Below, piece after piece: positions 50,100 to 63,770 of a stretch of 64,000 bases of DNA. The stretch is taken from contig NC_087436.1 of assembly GCF_036321535.1 (NCBI RefSeq), positions 62,808,001 to 62,872,000 on the forward strand. The letters are read 5' to 3'. Every line of letters begins with the position of its first letter. Position 1 is the stretch's first letter. Made by a program: the position numbers and the translations under genes. The stretch is from Camelus dromedarius (taxonomy: Eukaryota). The notes under the pieces are model-generated. The model was not told where the DNA came from and did not search any database. It saw only the letters and a program-made list of their open reading frames with translations.

Positions 50100-50835
50100 A
50101 TAACACTTATTTCTTACTATGTATCACATACTTTTCTGAGCAATTAATATATAATTAAATTAAACCTTTATAATTCCTTTACGTGAGATACTGTTAGTTT
50201 CCCTATTTTGCAGAGAAGGAACTGAGGCCTAGGGAGAAAAATTAACTCGTTCAACAAAACACAGGAAATTATTAGTTGCAAAGATTTCATAAATTTGTAT
50301 ATTTCAAAGGGCTCACCAAACTCCCAAGAGCATACTCACAGTAAGGTGTTTATTTAAATGTACAGAATGAGAGTATGCATGCAAGCATTGAGAATGTGAG
50401 AGACATTCAGACAAAATCTTATCAGGGTCCTTATGCACAAATGGGCATGCTGTCTCTGCATTAAACTATTAAGATCTGTGTCCTGAATCCTGGTTTCAGA
50501 ACAGCCCAGGGCAGAAGTTCCAGTGGGGACTTTTTATGCCCCTCTGATCAGGTAGTCAAGCTGAGATGTCTAACCACTTAGGTCAGATGAAAACCACCAA
50601 TAAACAAATCAGCTCTGAGTGTCACCAAGGGAGTTTTACACTTTAAAAAGTAAATCATTAATTCCACTGCCTTTATATTAGCCAATAGTCAAAGTTAGAT
50701 ATGCAGGCATCCCCAGAGTAAAGCTAGAGCTTCCCAGGTCCAGTTGTAAATGAACAGTAGCCTACACTGTGCTGGAACTTGGATTTTAATCCTGACATTC
50801 TGGCTCCAGAGATCATGCTCTTAAAACTATGTTAT
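50100..50835 (-). mobile_element. MIR SINE split by an LTR (MIR parts 50100-50275 and 50768-50835)
   Basis: ccctattttgcagagaaggaactgaggcctagg...; resumes tgctggaacttggattttaatcctgacattctggctccagagatcatgctcttaa. Confidence 0.75.
50276..50767 (-). mobile_element. ERVL-class solo LTR (MER76/MER77-like)
   Basis: catactcacagtaaggtgtttatt...tttttatgcccctctgatca...gcttcccaggtccag...cctaca (TG start on minus strand). Confidence 0.55.
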
Positions 50836-50957
50836 TGATGCAACAGGGGAAACTTACTATTCATTTGGCCTAATGTTATTTAGTAAAAGTGATAGAAACA
50901 GGTCTCATTGTGGTAAATTGATGTCCTTATATTAATAATATATGAGTTGATCATAAT

Positions 50958-51362
50958 TTTAATAGCTGACATTTACAACATTATGAAGTAGAAAATTTTA
51001 TAAGTATTCCCATTTTACAGGCAAGGGGACTGAGGCTTAGAGAGGGTATATAATGTTATATAGCTGTTTTTGGAAGAGCCATCCATCCATCAATCCATCC
51101 TACCGCATTGGTAACAAGTTTAAAATCTGGAGCTAGGCTGCCTGGATTATAGCGCTGGCTCAGCCCCTCACTAGCCATGTGCTTTAGACCACATTTCTTC
51201 ACTGTTTTGTGCATCGGTGTCCTTATTGCTAAGCAGGAATAATGGGGGTACGTATGTGTAGCATAATCTTCATTGTGAGGATCAAATGAATTGATATATG
51301 TATGGCTCTTAGAACAGTGTCAGGCACATGATTAATACTATATCATCATTAGCTATTATTAC
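50958..51362. mobile_element. Two MIRs in opposite orientation (50958-51080 minus; 51110-51362 plus)
   Basis: cccattttacaggcaaggggactgaggcttagagaggg; then tctggagctaggctgcctgg...tgtgaggatcaaatga...cttagaacagtgtcaggcacat. Confidence 0.8.
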
Positions 51363-52010
51363 TCATGCAATAAATGTTTATTGAGTGTTTACAGGATCTG
51401 TTCTAGACACAGAGGATATAGTAATGAATAAACCAAAGTCAAAGCTCTTAACAAGTTTACATTTTAGTGGGAGAGGACAGGCAATGCTTAAAAAAGTAAA
51501 TGCGAACTACACCAAGTGAAGATAAGCACAACTGAAAAAATTAAACAGATAAACATTTTAGAGGGTGATGAATGGATGGGTCTATTATATATATGATTTG
51601 AGACAAAACCTAATAGAAATGAAGAGAGATGCAGCCAACTGGGAAGAAGAATTAATGGCAGAAAACAAATTGCAAAAGCACTGAGGCAGGTGTATGTTTG
51701 GATAGCATAAGGAACAGCAGAGAAGGACAGTGTGGCTGATACAGCATGAGTAGGGCACAGGTCATTGAGGTGTGGAGGTAGGGAAGTGGGGAGAAGGCAG
51801 ATCATGCAAAGTTTGTACAACATAGGGACTTGGGGCCTTATTAAAAGTGTTTAAGAAAGATTAATAACAGAATCTAAGTTACATTTTAAAATATTCTGTT
51901 AGTTCCTGTGTGGAAAACAGATAGCGTGTTTGAAAAGTGGCAAGGATGGGAGAAAACCATTTGAGAAGAACTGATAATTGCTCAGTTGGGAGCAGTAGAT
52001 TGACATGAGT
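51363..52010 (-). mobile_element. L2a 3' end
   Basis: ataaatgtttattgagtgtttac...ttacattttagtgggagagg...gcaaaagcactgaggcagg...ggcagatcatgc. Confidence 0.85.
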
Positions 52011-53339
52011 AAGTCATCTAAAACTGAGTACATTGGAATGGTGAAACTAGCATTTAACCTGAATCTGCTTAACCTCAAATCCCATAAGTCTCTGACCAGA
52101 CATGGGACAAATACCTTCATCCTCTAACTCCCAGGATTCCATGGTATAACTAAGTCATGTGTCTGCTTCTCCAGCTGAGGGAGGACCCTAGTTAAGCTAG
52201 TCCCTTTCCCCACCATGCCCTAGAGCTTATGTTCCCTCCTAGGGTCTCAACTCTTTCTGCATTTTTTTTTTTTTCTGGGAAAACTCACTTCTAGTCTCTG
52301 CCTAGATGATAACTAAGATTCATTGCAAATCTATGACTCCATCTAAAATCTTTCCAAAATTCCCTAAGACTGTTTATAATTTCCTATGGAAAAAGTTCAA
52401 ATCCAAAACAAAATAAAAACACCCCGGCATAGTAAACTCAAAACTCAATATCTAACACTCTCCCCCTAATATAAGTCTGCTTATTGTCCAACAGACAAGC
52501 CTAAATTTATGCTTCCTTTATCCCGGCGCTATCTCAGTGAATGGCAATGTTTTGAAAACAGATATCAAGGCACATTGACAACTAGAGATGAGAAGAAGTT
52601 TTCAACTTACACATCAACTTTTAACAATCACTAGTGGCTAGCTGGATTAGAAATGAGAAACACAATGCAGCCAACCTCTCACATCTCTTTCACATACACA
52701 TAATTGAAGTTCAATATAATTATTCTTTTATTAAGCAAAGGTTCCTTTAAGCAAAGTGAAAATACATTGAAGGTTGGGAGGGTATCTGAGTAGGTGATTT
52801 TTATTCTAAATTTTATGTAAAATCCCATAGAGCATGCTTATTACAACACAAGACAAGATTTTTTTAAGACTTGTGATATAATTGGTCATATATTTAATTA
52901 GAGGCATATCTATTTGTTTGAGAGACAGTAAGGACCTTGGATAAGCATGGATCTTAGAATCTCTGACTTAGTGGTTACACTTAAGAATCTCTCAGTCAAT
53001 ATAAGACTCTACTCTAAAGCAACCCTTGACAGACTTCCAGATTCTGCAGGAGCATGTTCAACAATGTAGTCATCATGAACCCTTATGGTGGCAAATGCAT
53101 TTTAAGAACTCTAATTATTAGACCATTCTTTCTTACTAAAGAAGGAGTTACGGAGATACTTGAGAAGAGAAAAATAATGAATTCCAAAGTAGTATGCTGT
53201 TCAAACATTTTTACAAACTAAATCCAAATATCTGGTCTATCTGCTTCATTGTTTACCCTTTAAATGAACCTAGTATACCTTCACACCTGTAACCATGGCA
53301 AACATCTCTAAGCCAACCTCACATTGGTCCTTTCTCTCT

Positions 53340-53530
53340 CTACCTGAATATGAACAAGTTTTATCCTCACGGTACCTCAAACTCTATATCTGTAAACAAA
53401 AAATTGGTAATAAGAAGGTCCATCCCTTAAATATGTAGAGAGAATTAAATGAATTAATATACCTAACGTGCCTAGGACAGTGCCTAGAACAAGTAATTTA
53501 TGATAGGTATTACTGTTGTCATTGTTACTT
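53340..53530 (+). mobile_element. MIR SINE
   Basis: gtacctcaaactctatatctgtaaa...agaattaaatga...cctaggacagtgcctag. Confidence 0.65.
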
Positions 53531-56500
53531 TCTTATTAATATTATAATTTCTTACTTTTTCTTATTCCTTACTTCTAATTCTAGTCCATTATTTGACCCT
53601 TGTTGGCCATACATTTCCTTGGACTGGAGTCATCTTTGGCATTTGCCATCTGATTTAATTTTTGGCATATCTCAGACTATGACTTCGTTTTGTCCTTGAG
53701 CTTCACATGCTAGGAAACCACTTGTGAACTGCACAAGCTGGACTGCCCCTCATTAACACGACCTGGCAGTCAAAGTGAGAGGAGAAGAAAATTCCTGGAG
53801 TAAAACTTGCTCCAGGGCTTCCAAATGCTGCAGGTTCACATGCAAAAATCTGAAGTCAAATTTCTAACCAGATAATTTTTTCACTTCTAAAATTCATATC
53901 AGCTGTTGATCCTTGGCACAGACTGTGAGCTGTGCAATTCTAACCTCCCACCTCCCATCTTCATGGCATATTGTCATCACAATTCCTGCTTGGTAAGTTT
54001 TGAAGCGTCCTTTGAGACTGTTGTTTTTGTTAAAGTTAGCTCTTTAACAAACAACAAAGACCTAAATTTTCACCTCATTCTAAGAAACGCACATCTTTTA
54101 ATGTCTAGCAACCGAATCAGTGCTGCCTTTCCTGCTACCTTGACGTCTACCTGCAGAGGCTACTTGGGCTTCAGGGTGGTTAAGGATCACTGAGAATTTT
54201 CCAACAATACCTTTTTATCGCTGAGGGGCCAATGTTTTGGTGATCCTTAAATCTACTGATGTTTTCACTGCTTTTTTCCAAAAGCCAAGTAAAGGTAATT
54301 GAATCTTCTGGAGTTATATCTTTATTTCTCTTTTGGCATTTATGACTCTCTCCTAGCCCTTTTAGAGGGAGCTCAACAGAGAACTTCCTGTGCAACTCAG
54401 AAGTTTCTTTAGATACTCACCCTTTTAGATTTTATTCAGAACAGCTTTGAATATATTTTAGGATATTTATTTCTCCAGCTTTTTATTACTCTTACCTTCC
54501 TTTGTATTTATTTGTAATAAATATCAAATACAACTCATACCTCCATTCTTACTTGCTTTTGACAACCAAATCTATGAATGACCCACCATTAGCATCTCAA
54601 TCCTATTCCAGCCCTTGAGTCAGCCCTATATTAAGGAGCCATACCTAGCCATGACTTTAAAAATATATTCTGCATATAACTTTAAAAAAATTGTGTCTAA
54701 ATCTAGGATATTGCTTCCCAAATTCATGAAGAAAAGCCAGATTTCTTGAACCTATCTTTCATAGATTGATTCTTCTATAAAACACACCTACACAAAAACA
54801 AAAATGACTAAGCACCAGAGAATGAAATTTCAAAAAGTTCACTCAAATTATAAACCTCAATTTTTAATGCTAAAACTACATTTCAATAAATACAATAAAA
54901 ACATTTCATAAAATGTATATTAAAAATAAACACACAGGCAATATATACAGAAAATGATTTTATATGCATAGCTATTTGATCTTTTGCAATGCAAATAAAT
55001 AGGATGCTATTAGTGAAATGAAATTATCCATATTTAAGGTGTATTTGCATACTTTGAACATTATGTATATCAGTATATAAAGTTTTAAGTGATGAGTTTG
55101 CTTCTTATTTGTCAATTTATCTTATCTAAGTTGGTTTGATGACAATGATACAGCAACTGACATTCTATAGCTAAACGGTTTCTAGTTTTTCTTATTTTAT
55201 CATCACTCATAGAAGAAAACAATCTAAGTATTTGAATGAGAACAAAAGAAAAATTTAAAGCAATTTTAGCAACCTCAGGATAGCTTTTTAAAAACTTCTA
55301 CTCAAAATGGAGCAAAAATTGGGATGATGTATTTTTAAAATTTATCTTCAATTTTTCATCAATAGCCAGTCCCAACAATTTATCTTTATTTATCTTTATT
55401 ATAGCTAACTGAAATAATAATTTGATGAATAAATAAGTCATGGAGTTTATACTGTTTTATCTATTTTTCTTCTGGATTAAAAAAATTGCCCAATGTTAAG
55501 TAGCCAAAAAAATAACTTTCCTCTCTTCTCTAAAAATGTCAGGTTACTTTCTGTTTGTGCCATATAACAACTTGATCACGGAAGCGATAAACCATAATAT
55601 TCAGAGGTCCTGATCACTTAAAATGCAAGCGTTTTATTTGATGGTTTTGGTCATTGGGGATCATCTTAGAATTCTACCAGAAATATTACTCTTTCTTTGC
55701 AAATCCAATGCCTTAAATACATAGTTGGCAAGTAACATATACTAATAAAAGACATTTAAAAAATAGACTGTAAATGTTACATTATTTTATGCAAGAATGA
55801 GCAAATAAATTTAAGCAATAATTAGGAAACAGAAAATAAAATTCATGCCTTAACCCCAAGATGGCTGCCAAATGCTGATGATCTGAATATAGACTATATG
55901 TTTCTGATTGAGTGGGGTGGAGTTAATGGAGGGAGCTAATATTTGGCTTGAACAACAGCAGTTTAGCTAAAATACCAGATATAATATAACCTTTTATTTT
56001 AGTGTAAATAATTTCATTTTTTCTTTCCTGATCCCTATTGGCATAAATGCTTTGTCTATTACTTTCCAAATGGCATAAGCACAGGCTTAAAATTTTTATA
56101 TAATAAAAATAAATGTAATCTATCTTTAAAGAGATCTATGAAAACACATTTGGAGAATCACCTGGTAATACAGTAATAGCTTCACATGTCTCTTAGAAAG
56201 ATTTCACACTCTATAGTTAACTTCTCTTTAAATCATTTATCAGCATCTCTGTATTCATGTATTGAATCCCATCCCTAGGAATGAACTTTAATTCTCACCA
56301 TCTGTGCCTTGGCCAGAAATGTCCATATTCCTTTAATGCATAAATACATCCCGGATATTTCTCATTCTGTTAGTAAGAGCTGTGAAGCACAGAAAATAAT
56401 GATTCAAAGAGGAACCGCAAGGGATCATTTATTGCTCCAGCACTTTGAAAAATCTATGAAAATCCTTTATGGCTTCTTCATTATATTTTCAATGGAACAA

Positions 56501-57087
56501 TTAGTTTGAGTGGCTACAAACACTGAATTTTCATGACCACATTAGCCTTTGAAGCCAAATTATTGAATGCATTATTCTCTATGCAAAATACAGTGGGATA
56601 GGGCGCGTTTTGTGATTAAAAAGCGTAAGTTGCCTCCAACTGGAAAACTAGTTGAGAGTTAATTTCCTAACAGCCTATCTGGTCACATTTTAAAACCTAC
56701 TCAGTTTGCATAATTCAGCAGTTTGTTCCAAGGATATATTTTACAAGTCTTGAGAATAGTTACTCTGACTTTTTCAATATTTAGTAAAGCTCTTGCAATG
56801 AATGGTAACATCTCAAATACAAAAGTAGTCCCTTGAAAACCTTGTTTGCAGTTTCTAAACATAAGACATTTTCATGCCCATTTCATTCAGGCACACGCTA
56901 TAATTACCTCAGAATTACTGAGAGCACAATTCTAGCACCAACTGGAGCAATTTCCCACTGCTTGACAGAGTGAAAGCATGATGAAAATATTTCCAGACAA
57001 TATAGCTTTATTTCTCTTGGACCTTACCTGTTTCACATTTTTAAATTCTACAAAATTCAGGTAATACACGGAGGTTTTGACTCCAGG

Positions 57088-57297
57088 CCAAGGGCTGGCA
57101 AATATTTTCTATAAATAAAGATGTAGTAATATTTTAATCTTTGAGCCATAAATTCTGTGAGACAACTACTGGACTCTGCCTTTGTAGCATGAAAGCAGCT
57201 GTGGACAATGCTGCTAAACAGTGTTGCAATAAAACTTTATTTACAAAAAAGATGGCTAATGGAATTTAACCCTCAAAACCTAGTTTGCCAGTGTTTG
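57088..57297. mobile_element. MER58A hAT-Charlie MITE
   Basis: caagggctggcaaatattttctataaa...caactactggactctgcctttgtagcatgaaagcagc...caataaaactttatttacaaaaa...tagtttgcca. Confidence 0.85.
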
Positions 57298-57446
57298 CTC
57301 AAAACAATAGAATAAAACATCCATCTCATTTTCTCAGGCCAGAACTACTTTTCTAATTGGTGAGGCAGTCATATCAAGACACGAATATATTGTGCTATTT
57401 GGAAATTCCGTATTTGTTATAGAGGTTCTACTTCATTTAGCAGCCT

Positions 57447-57620
57447 TGTGATGGTTAGTTTTATGTATCAACTTGGTAACATCACAATGCCTGGATATTT
57501 GGTCAATCGTTTGTCTGGAGGTTGCTATGAAGGTACTTTTTGGATTAACTTTTAAATCAAGACTTTGAATAAAGCAGATTATCCTTCATAACGCTGGTGG
57601 GCTTCATCTAAGCAGTTATT
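57447..57620 (+). mobile_element. ERVL LTR 5' part, MLT2D-like
   Basis: tgtgatggttagttttatgtatcaacttgg...gactttgaataaagcagattatccttcataac...gggcttcatctaagcagtt. Confidence 0.85.
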
Positions 57621-58624
57621 GAACAGTATCTTCAAACTTGATGACTTATCAAGTGCAGTTGTAGAAGTTTGGTTCATATGTATCTCTGTGAAACATGACT
57701 TTTCACTTAAATAATTACTCTTCTGAAATAATCTTGCTTATTTATTTGTACATGTTGAAAGTGAGGTGATAGATGTTAATTAACTGGCTTCATTACAGCA
57801 GCAGAGGTTTGCAGAAAAAAGTTTATGTTGTTAACATGATATTCTTCAAATAGAAAATCAGCTGAATTAATTTCAACAATGGTTTAATTTTTTCATCCAT
57901 TTCATGGAATCAGTTAATAAGGCTTTTGGCAGTTCACCCTAGTTAAACATGAAACAGCTGAATCCTTGGGATTATTAATATAAATTCAGTTAGGAAGTTC
58001 AACATTCAAGACAAAATTGTGTTTGTAATAGTAACACATTTAATATAAATTTTGGTATAGCACATGATCTTGGTAAACATATCACGTAGTAAATGAGAAA
58101 ACTATGGAGTAGAAATATATTTGCAATTGTTTATTATACACATATAATAAAAATGGCATCTAAATAGGCTGTAACATTAAATAAGGGAAATTGTCAAAAT
58201 TTAAAAATATTTTATATATAATGTACTTGTTACATAAAAATGTTGATAAAAATATAAATTTCTGTGTGTTAGAATATATTGATAGCTGCCTTCTATCAGT
58301 TAGATTTTGGCAATGTTTTTATCTTTGAATAACTACTTTGTAAATTAACCTAACTTTGCTAAAATGGCATTACATTTTTTTGTGAGTGCTCTACATTTTG
58401 GTTGCAACTTGTATAAAATTAGTTGAAAATTTTCAGTCAACACAGATGAGTGGAGCCAAAATAATTTCAAGATTTTTGCTAACTAAAATTGATGTAAAAA
58501 AAGCTCTCAAACTGATATTTCTTTCTACAAAATAATAAAACAAATCACAAATTAAACAATAAGAGTTCAAATAGTGAAATTTGACTTTATTTTATCTGAG
58601 CCTTAAGAGAAAAATATCTTAGTT

Positions 58625-60128
58625 CTTTTCTACCATTTGAAGAATTTTTAAAGTGTATCCTTTAGTAGCATTAAGTACACTCATATTATTGAGCAAAGAT
58701 CACCATCATTTTTGAACATTTTTCATCTTCCAAAATTGAAACTTTGTACCCATTAAACAGTAACTCCTCAGTCCTCCCCTCCATCCCCTGGCTACCATTC
58801 TTTTTGTCTCTATGAATTTGATTATGTTAGCTACTTCATATAAGTGGAATTACATAGTGTTTGTTTTTTTATGACTGGTTTATTTTACTTAGCATAATGT
58901 CTTCAAGATTAATCCATCCTGTAGCATTTCAGAATTTCCTTCCTTTTTAGAGATGAACAATATCCCACTGTATACTACATTTTGTTTATTCATTAATTTA
59001 TTTATGGAGACTTGGGTTGTCTCCACATTTTGACTATTGTGAATAGTTCTGCTATTAACACGGGTATACAAACATCTCTTGGAGTCACTGCTTTCAATTC
59101 TTTTGCGTATACACCCAGAAGTGGAATGACTGGATCATATAGTAATTCCATTTTATTATTTTGAAGAACTGCCATTCTGTTTTCCATAGCAGCCACACCA
59201 TTTTACATTCCCACTAACAATATACAAGGGTTCCAGTTTCTCCACATCCTCATCAATACTTGTTATTTTCTGTTGTTTGTTTTATATTAACCATCCAAAT
59301 GGGTATGAAGTGGTATCTTACTGTGGTTTTAATTTGTAATTACTTAATGATTAATGATATTGAGCACTTTTTCCTGTGTTTATTAGCCATTTGTATATTC
59401 TGTTGGAAAAAAAAAATGTCTATTCAAGTCTTTCCCCAATTTTTAAATTAAATTATTTGATTTTTGTTGTTGAGTAGTAGTAGTTCTTTATATATTTTGT
59501 GTATTGGCCACTTATCAGATGGATGATCTGTGAATGTTTTTTATCCATTACATAAAATGACATTTCACTCTACTGATAGTTTCTTTGGCACACACAAGTT
59601 TTTTAATTTTAATGAAACTCAATTTGTCCATTTTTCCTGTGCTGTCATAGCCAAGAATCCATTGTCAAATTCTATGTTATAAAGCTCTTACCCTATGTTT
59701 TCTTCTAAGATTTTTAGTTCTGACATTTAATCCAATTTTGAGTCAATTTTTGTATACTCCGGTAGTAAGCTAAGAATTCAACATCATTCTTTTTCATGTG
59801 GTTATCCAGTTTTCCCAAAACCATTTGTTGAAAAGATTTTTCCCCCCATTTAATACTTTTAGAACTCGTGTTGAAAATCATTTGTCCATATATGAGAGGG
59901 TTTATTTCTGGGCTAGCTACCCTATTCTAATGGTCTTTAATGTCTGTCTTCATACCAGTATCACATTGTTTGATTACTGTAGCTTTAGTATAAGCTTTGA
60001 AATCAGGAAGTGTGAAACTTCCAACTTTGTTCTTTATTTTCCCAAGGTTGTTTTATCTATTTAGAGACTCCAAATAAATTTTAGAACAATTCTTTTTCTA
60101 TTTCTGTGAAAAAAAAGTGACTGGGATG
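58625..60128 (-). mobile_element. L1MB-like ORF2 C-terminus and 3'UTR
   Basis: Minus-strand ORF MELLYDPVIPLLGVYAKELK...ELFTIVKMWRQPK; gaaatcaggaagtgtga. Confidence 0.92.
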
Positions 60129-62429
60129 AATTCCTAGTTTTTAATTGAATATATATATTTTAATATTGGAGTAAAATAAATTGAAAAAGACCATATTACA
60201 GCATCTAAATTTGGTAAAATTTAAAAGAATTATAGAGACAAATTAATTGCCAGAATTTTTTCTAGAAAAATATTCTTGTGTATAATCTGTTTTCTTTAGT
60301 CCTCTTTATATAGAGCAATCACCAGAGCTCCTCCCACCAGTGTAATACGGGGTGGAAATGGGGTTGAAGATTGCGCACTCCCTTTAGAATTCATGTAAAA
60401 GGAAATAATACTATTAACCACACTTCATCTGATATCTTCAAACATTTGGATACACATATTATAAAGTTCAGAGGAAAGAAGCATCTGTATTCAAGGTTGG
60501 GGGTAAGATTTCATCCAAATCCTATTTTCCATCTAAATAATATTATATATGTATGTATGTATGTATTAATTTATTTATTAACAGTAAAAAATCATGCATG
60601 TGTCCAACATTAGATATTACTTATAATATAAATATCACTTCCAATCTTAGGGTAAATGAGAGATTACAGAGAGAAGTATCAGTTTATCCCATGTTTGGGG
60701 GGCTCCTATCACTCTGCCCCATTTTCATGGGGATAATCCCAACAGAGCAGCCCAATGATTCTTTAAGAAATTAAGGGACAGAGTATAGTGGGAAACAAGA
60801 TCACTTCCATATAAAACTAGCTATTCCCATGGTCCTATCCATCAAGCTTGCTTTGCTATAGTGAACTTTTAGGCACCTAGGAAATTGATAACATTTCTGT
60901 AAGATGAATAATTGTGTTCAGACATAACAGGTTATAAACAGAAAATTATGTGTATTCTCTGTAGTAAAAAACCTAGGTGCTATGCAAATAAATGGAATTA
61001 GAAAAATGCTGATAGTAATAATGAAGACAATAAACTATCAGCAAAACATTAATGAGCCAAGAATTTGCAAATCTCTGAGAACCTTTAGCAAATCGTTAGT
61101 AACAGTGACACGTTAGAAAATCTGTGGCCTTATTATGCCCAATGATATTCAATTAACGTTGTCATTTATTACAAATTATTAATGCGAATAAACACTATAT
61201 TTAATGTTTGTATCCTTTCATTTGTTGTTTTTTATTCTTTCGTTGAAATATACCTATTTATAAATTTATATACAGTACATATTTTAAAGGTGAAGTAAAA
61301 AATCCTTGATTACCCAACTTAATATTTTAAAAAGAAAAGTCCTTTGATGTTAGATTACAATTCCATTCCTTGTATTTGTGCAATCTAATTTTATTATCTG
61401 ACAATGTAAATCAAGTTACTGTTGCTTTAGTAAATAAGATCAGTTTGAGTTACACGGCTTTATAGAAGCAATCTCCATCTTATAAAAATAGGTGAGCTGT
61501 ATTATCCTTTACTTTGTTTTACTGTTGATATGGTAATTAAATACTTTGATTCTTCAAATTTACTAGCACCGAGTTTTCATGATCAAAAAGACAATAAGAA
61601 AAGAATATCTTAACTATATGACTGAACTCTGATTAGGAAAAGTATAGTTCTATAGCTATTTAGAATTTTAAGCTGGGATGGAAAATACAGTTATTAATAC
61701 TCTATATCTCATTGTAGGAAAGTTGAACGGAATAAAAGGAAATGCTGGTGCTTCTTTTTTCTTTATTTTTGTTCCTGGTGGTGTTTATAACCTGGGATCT
61801 TGGTATAGATTCTGTACCTTCTCTTATCCCAAACTCCAATCATATTTTCTTCAGGAAATACTGAACAAATTGGAATACCAAACAAAATTCTCTAAGAAGA
61901 GAAAACAAAACCTCCCTCCTCCCCTTATTAAACAGTAGAAGTAAAAGAGACAAAGGATGAAATCATCTGAGAATATAAAATTGCAATTATTTCTTCCAAA
62001 GGAGAATTTTCAAGTGTTCCTTTTAAGACACAATTACATTTGATAATTGCCTTCCTATTTGGTCAATAATAATAATTTAAGGATCGAAAAAAATAAAACT
62101 CAAGTAGAAAGTACAAGCAGCTATTAAAGTATGTAAACTGCTGAGAATTTCCATTCTTTTTTTCAAGACAAACATTATTTATTATTCTTATATAACCTGC
62201 AATAACCTGAAATGGCTAGAAAAATTCCTGTTGCTAAGAGATGGAGAATTTGCCTAGATTTCATTTTCATGTTTGTTAAATTTTCAAACTCACATGTTTG
62301 TTAGGAAGCCTATGGAGAGTAATGGAAAATGGGCTATAGAGACAGAAGAGGACTATATTATCCGACATGAATTAAAAGCTTTACATATCAGATGCATGAT
62401 TTGGGCCAATGATTTAAAAATCTCTAGAC

Positions 62430-62660
62430 ATTTATGTGGGTAAGTACATACATACTCTTCATAGAACATTGACTCTGGGCCAGGCACTGTGGTAGACATT
62501 TTATATATCTTTTCTTAAGTTCGTCTCATGGCAACTTCATGAGTTAAGCATGATTATCTTCATTTTGTAGATACATTGGGATTATTTTACAGAAAACATA
62601 GTACTTTGCTCAAGATCAAATAGCATACAAGTAGCAAAGCTAGGATTTGAAATCAATAGG
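62430..62660 (-). mobile_element. MIR SINE
   Basis: ggccaggcactgtg...atcttcattttgtagat...actttgctcaagatca...gctaggatttgaa. Confidence 0.7.
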
Positions 62661-63554
62661 TGTCACATCCATGTAACAATTAAGTTACTTTGCACTAATT
62701 TATTAAAAATTATCTGTTCACAAAAGTGGCCTTGGATTGTGTTCAATTAGCTTTAACTACTATGCATTATTCCACGATGAATTCCAAGGACTGAAATTTT
62801 GGCAAAAGAAGTTCTCTAGCATTTACTTAAAAAAAAAAAACTCCACCCCGCACCCCAGCCAGTGTGTTTCCCACCAACTATCCTCTAGTGGAACCCTTTA
62901 ATGACAGATTATAAGCGTGAGAATATTTTGCATAATGGGTTCAAAAAAGTTGCACTATCCTTCATTATAAAAGTTTATTAAATAGAGCTTGATCTTAGTT
63001 TCAGGCTAATCTTAGGAATAAGCTTATTTCTACTTTGGATACTTTAAAGAGAAGAAGGAACAAATGCATTTTCCAGGTTATCTGACAAGAAATAGATAAG
63101 AGAGTACAGACTGCCTTATATCCCTGTCACATGAAATAATAGAGATTACTTTTTTAAAAAGTCCAAAGTGGAAATGGCAGAAAGCAAATTTCCAGGTTTA
63201 TTGAATACACAAGCTAGATAGGTTTCTATGATTAAAATTCAAACCCTAATTACTAACACTTGATTAATAGTACCCTTATATTTTCTCTCCCTCTCTCCTC
63301 TCCCCCTTCCTTTGTTAAATTAACTAGATTTGTTTACTTCCCATCCAAGAAGCCAACAAAGCATTCAATATATATTAATTCCTTTCATCTCACACAGTTC
63401 AGTATTTTTAAAAAAGCACACAAATAATATTTTACTACTTATATAATATCTTTTAAAAAAATCGCTATAAATATATTCTTTTACATTTGAATAATCAAGT
63501 ACATCAAGCTAGATTTCAAATTTTTCTTACTGATGTTAATTAATGTATTCTTAT

Positions 63555-63770
63555 CTTCATTCATTGACTATTCAGACACTGAGATGTCTACAAAGAGCAA
63601 GACACAGCCCTTGAGCTAGAGGAACACTATAATGGGAACACTGGCAGGCAAATGGATGATTATAATGCTGGGAAAAAAGCTACAGAGTTCCATGGAATCA
63701 AAGAGAAAGGAGAAACTAACTCTGTGGGGAAGTTAGACTGTCTAACTGATGACTTAGGATTTAGCCCTCT
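63555..63770 (-). mobile_element. L2 3' end fragment
   Basis: ttcattcattgac...aagacacagcccttg...attataatgctgg. Confidence 0.55.

Noticed and set aside
51488..51823. Longest ORF in the track (111 aa)
   Set aside because: Lies entirely within the decayed L2a 3' end.
57620..58620. Possible hAT transposase remnant
   Set aside because: No transposase motif or TIR could be identified by eye; left unannotated.
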